NCBI RefSeq assembly: GCF_006345805.1
Contig: NC_043004.1
Location: 98,890,001 to 98,954,000 of the forward strand
Length of the DNA stretch: 64,000 bases
Reading direction: 5' to 3'
From: Octopus sinensis
Taxonomy: Eukaryota
Shown: positions 63,665-64,000 of the stretch, one piece after another
Numbering within the stretch: position 1 is the stretch's first letter
Layout of the letters: each line of letters opens with the position of its first letter
Made by a program: the position numbers and the translations under genes
Notes under the pieces: generated by a model
Told to the model about the DNA's origin: nothing
The model's input: the letters and a program-made list of their open reading frames with translations, nothing else
Databases searched by the model: none

Positions 63665-64000
63665 TGGAGGTGGTGGTGGTGGTGGTGGTGATGGTGGTGG
63701 TGGTGGTGGTGGTGGTGGTGGTGGTGGTGGTGGTGGCAGTGGTGGCAGTAGTGGCAACAGTGGTGGCGACAATGGTGATCGTGGCAGCAGCAATGATGGT
63801 GTTGGTGGTGGTGGCGGTGGTGTTGGTGGTAGTGGTGTTGGTGGTGGTGGTGGTAGTGGTGTTGGCGTTGGTAATGGTAGCAGTAGTAATATTGCTGGTA
63901 ATGGTGGGAGCCGATGGTCCTAGTGATAGGGATTGTGGTAACTGTAATGGTGGTGGTGGTGGTGGTGGTGGTAGTGGTGTGGTGGTGGTTGTGATGATGG
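63665..64000. repeat. (GGT)n-rich low-complexity tract
   Basis: Direct inspection. Confidence 0.9.

Overview
AT-rich, repeat-saturated metazoan DNA, most likely intronic or intergenic. The SINE/LINE complement and microsatellite density point to a cephalopod, probably Octopus; this is an inference from recalled repeat families, not a database result. No intact host gene can be assembled, only a few candidate exons. Most non-microsatellite sequence is transposon-derived: about 20 copies of a ~400-bp tRNA-derived SINE, a second ~230-bp SINE, many RTE-LINE 3' ends, a CR1 3' end, a Tx1/L1-like ORF1, Penelope-like (PLE) GIY-YIG remnants and a decayed DD41D Tc1/mariner. The main result is a set of non-coding elements carrying type I hammerhead ribozymes (HHRs). 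(1) At 11771-14007 a 478-bp unit is tandemly repeated with a fold-back inversion and five HHR copies. (2) At 53573-54350 a second, 506-bp family carries a well-formed HHR. (3) At 52286-52617 a tRNA-headed, SINE-like element carries a decayed HHR. (4) About seven further decayed or variant HHR motifs are dispersed through the window. In three independent elements the inverted arm starts at or next to the predicted self-cleavage site. A near-full-length U2 snRNA retrocopy fused to an RTE 3' tail is also present.
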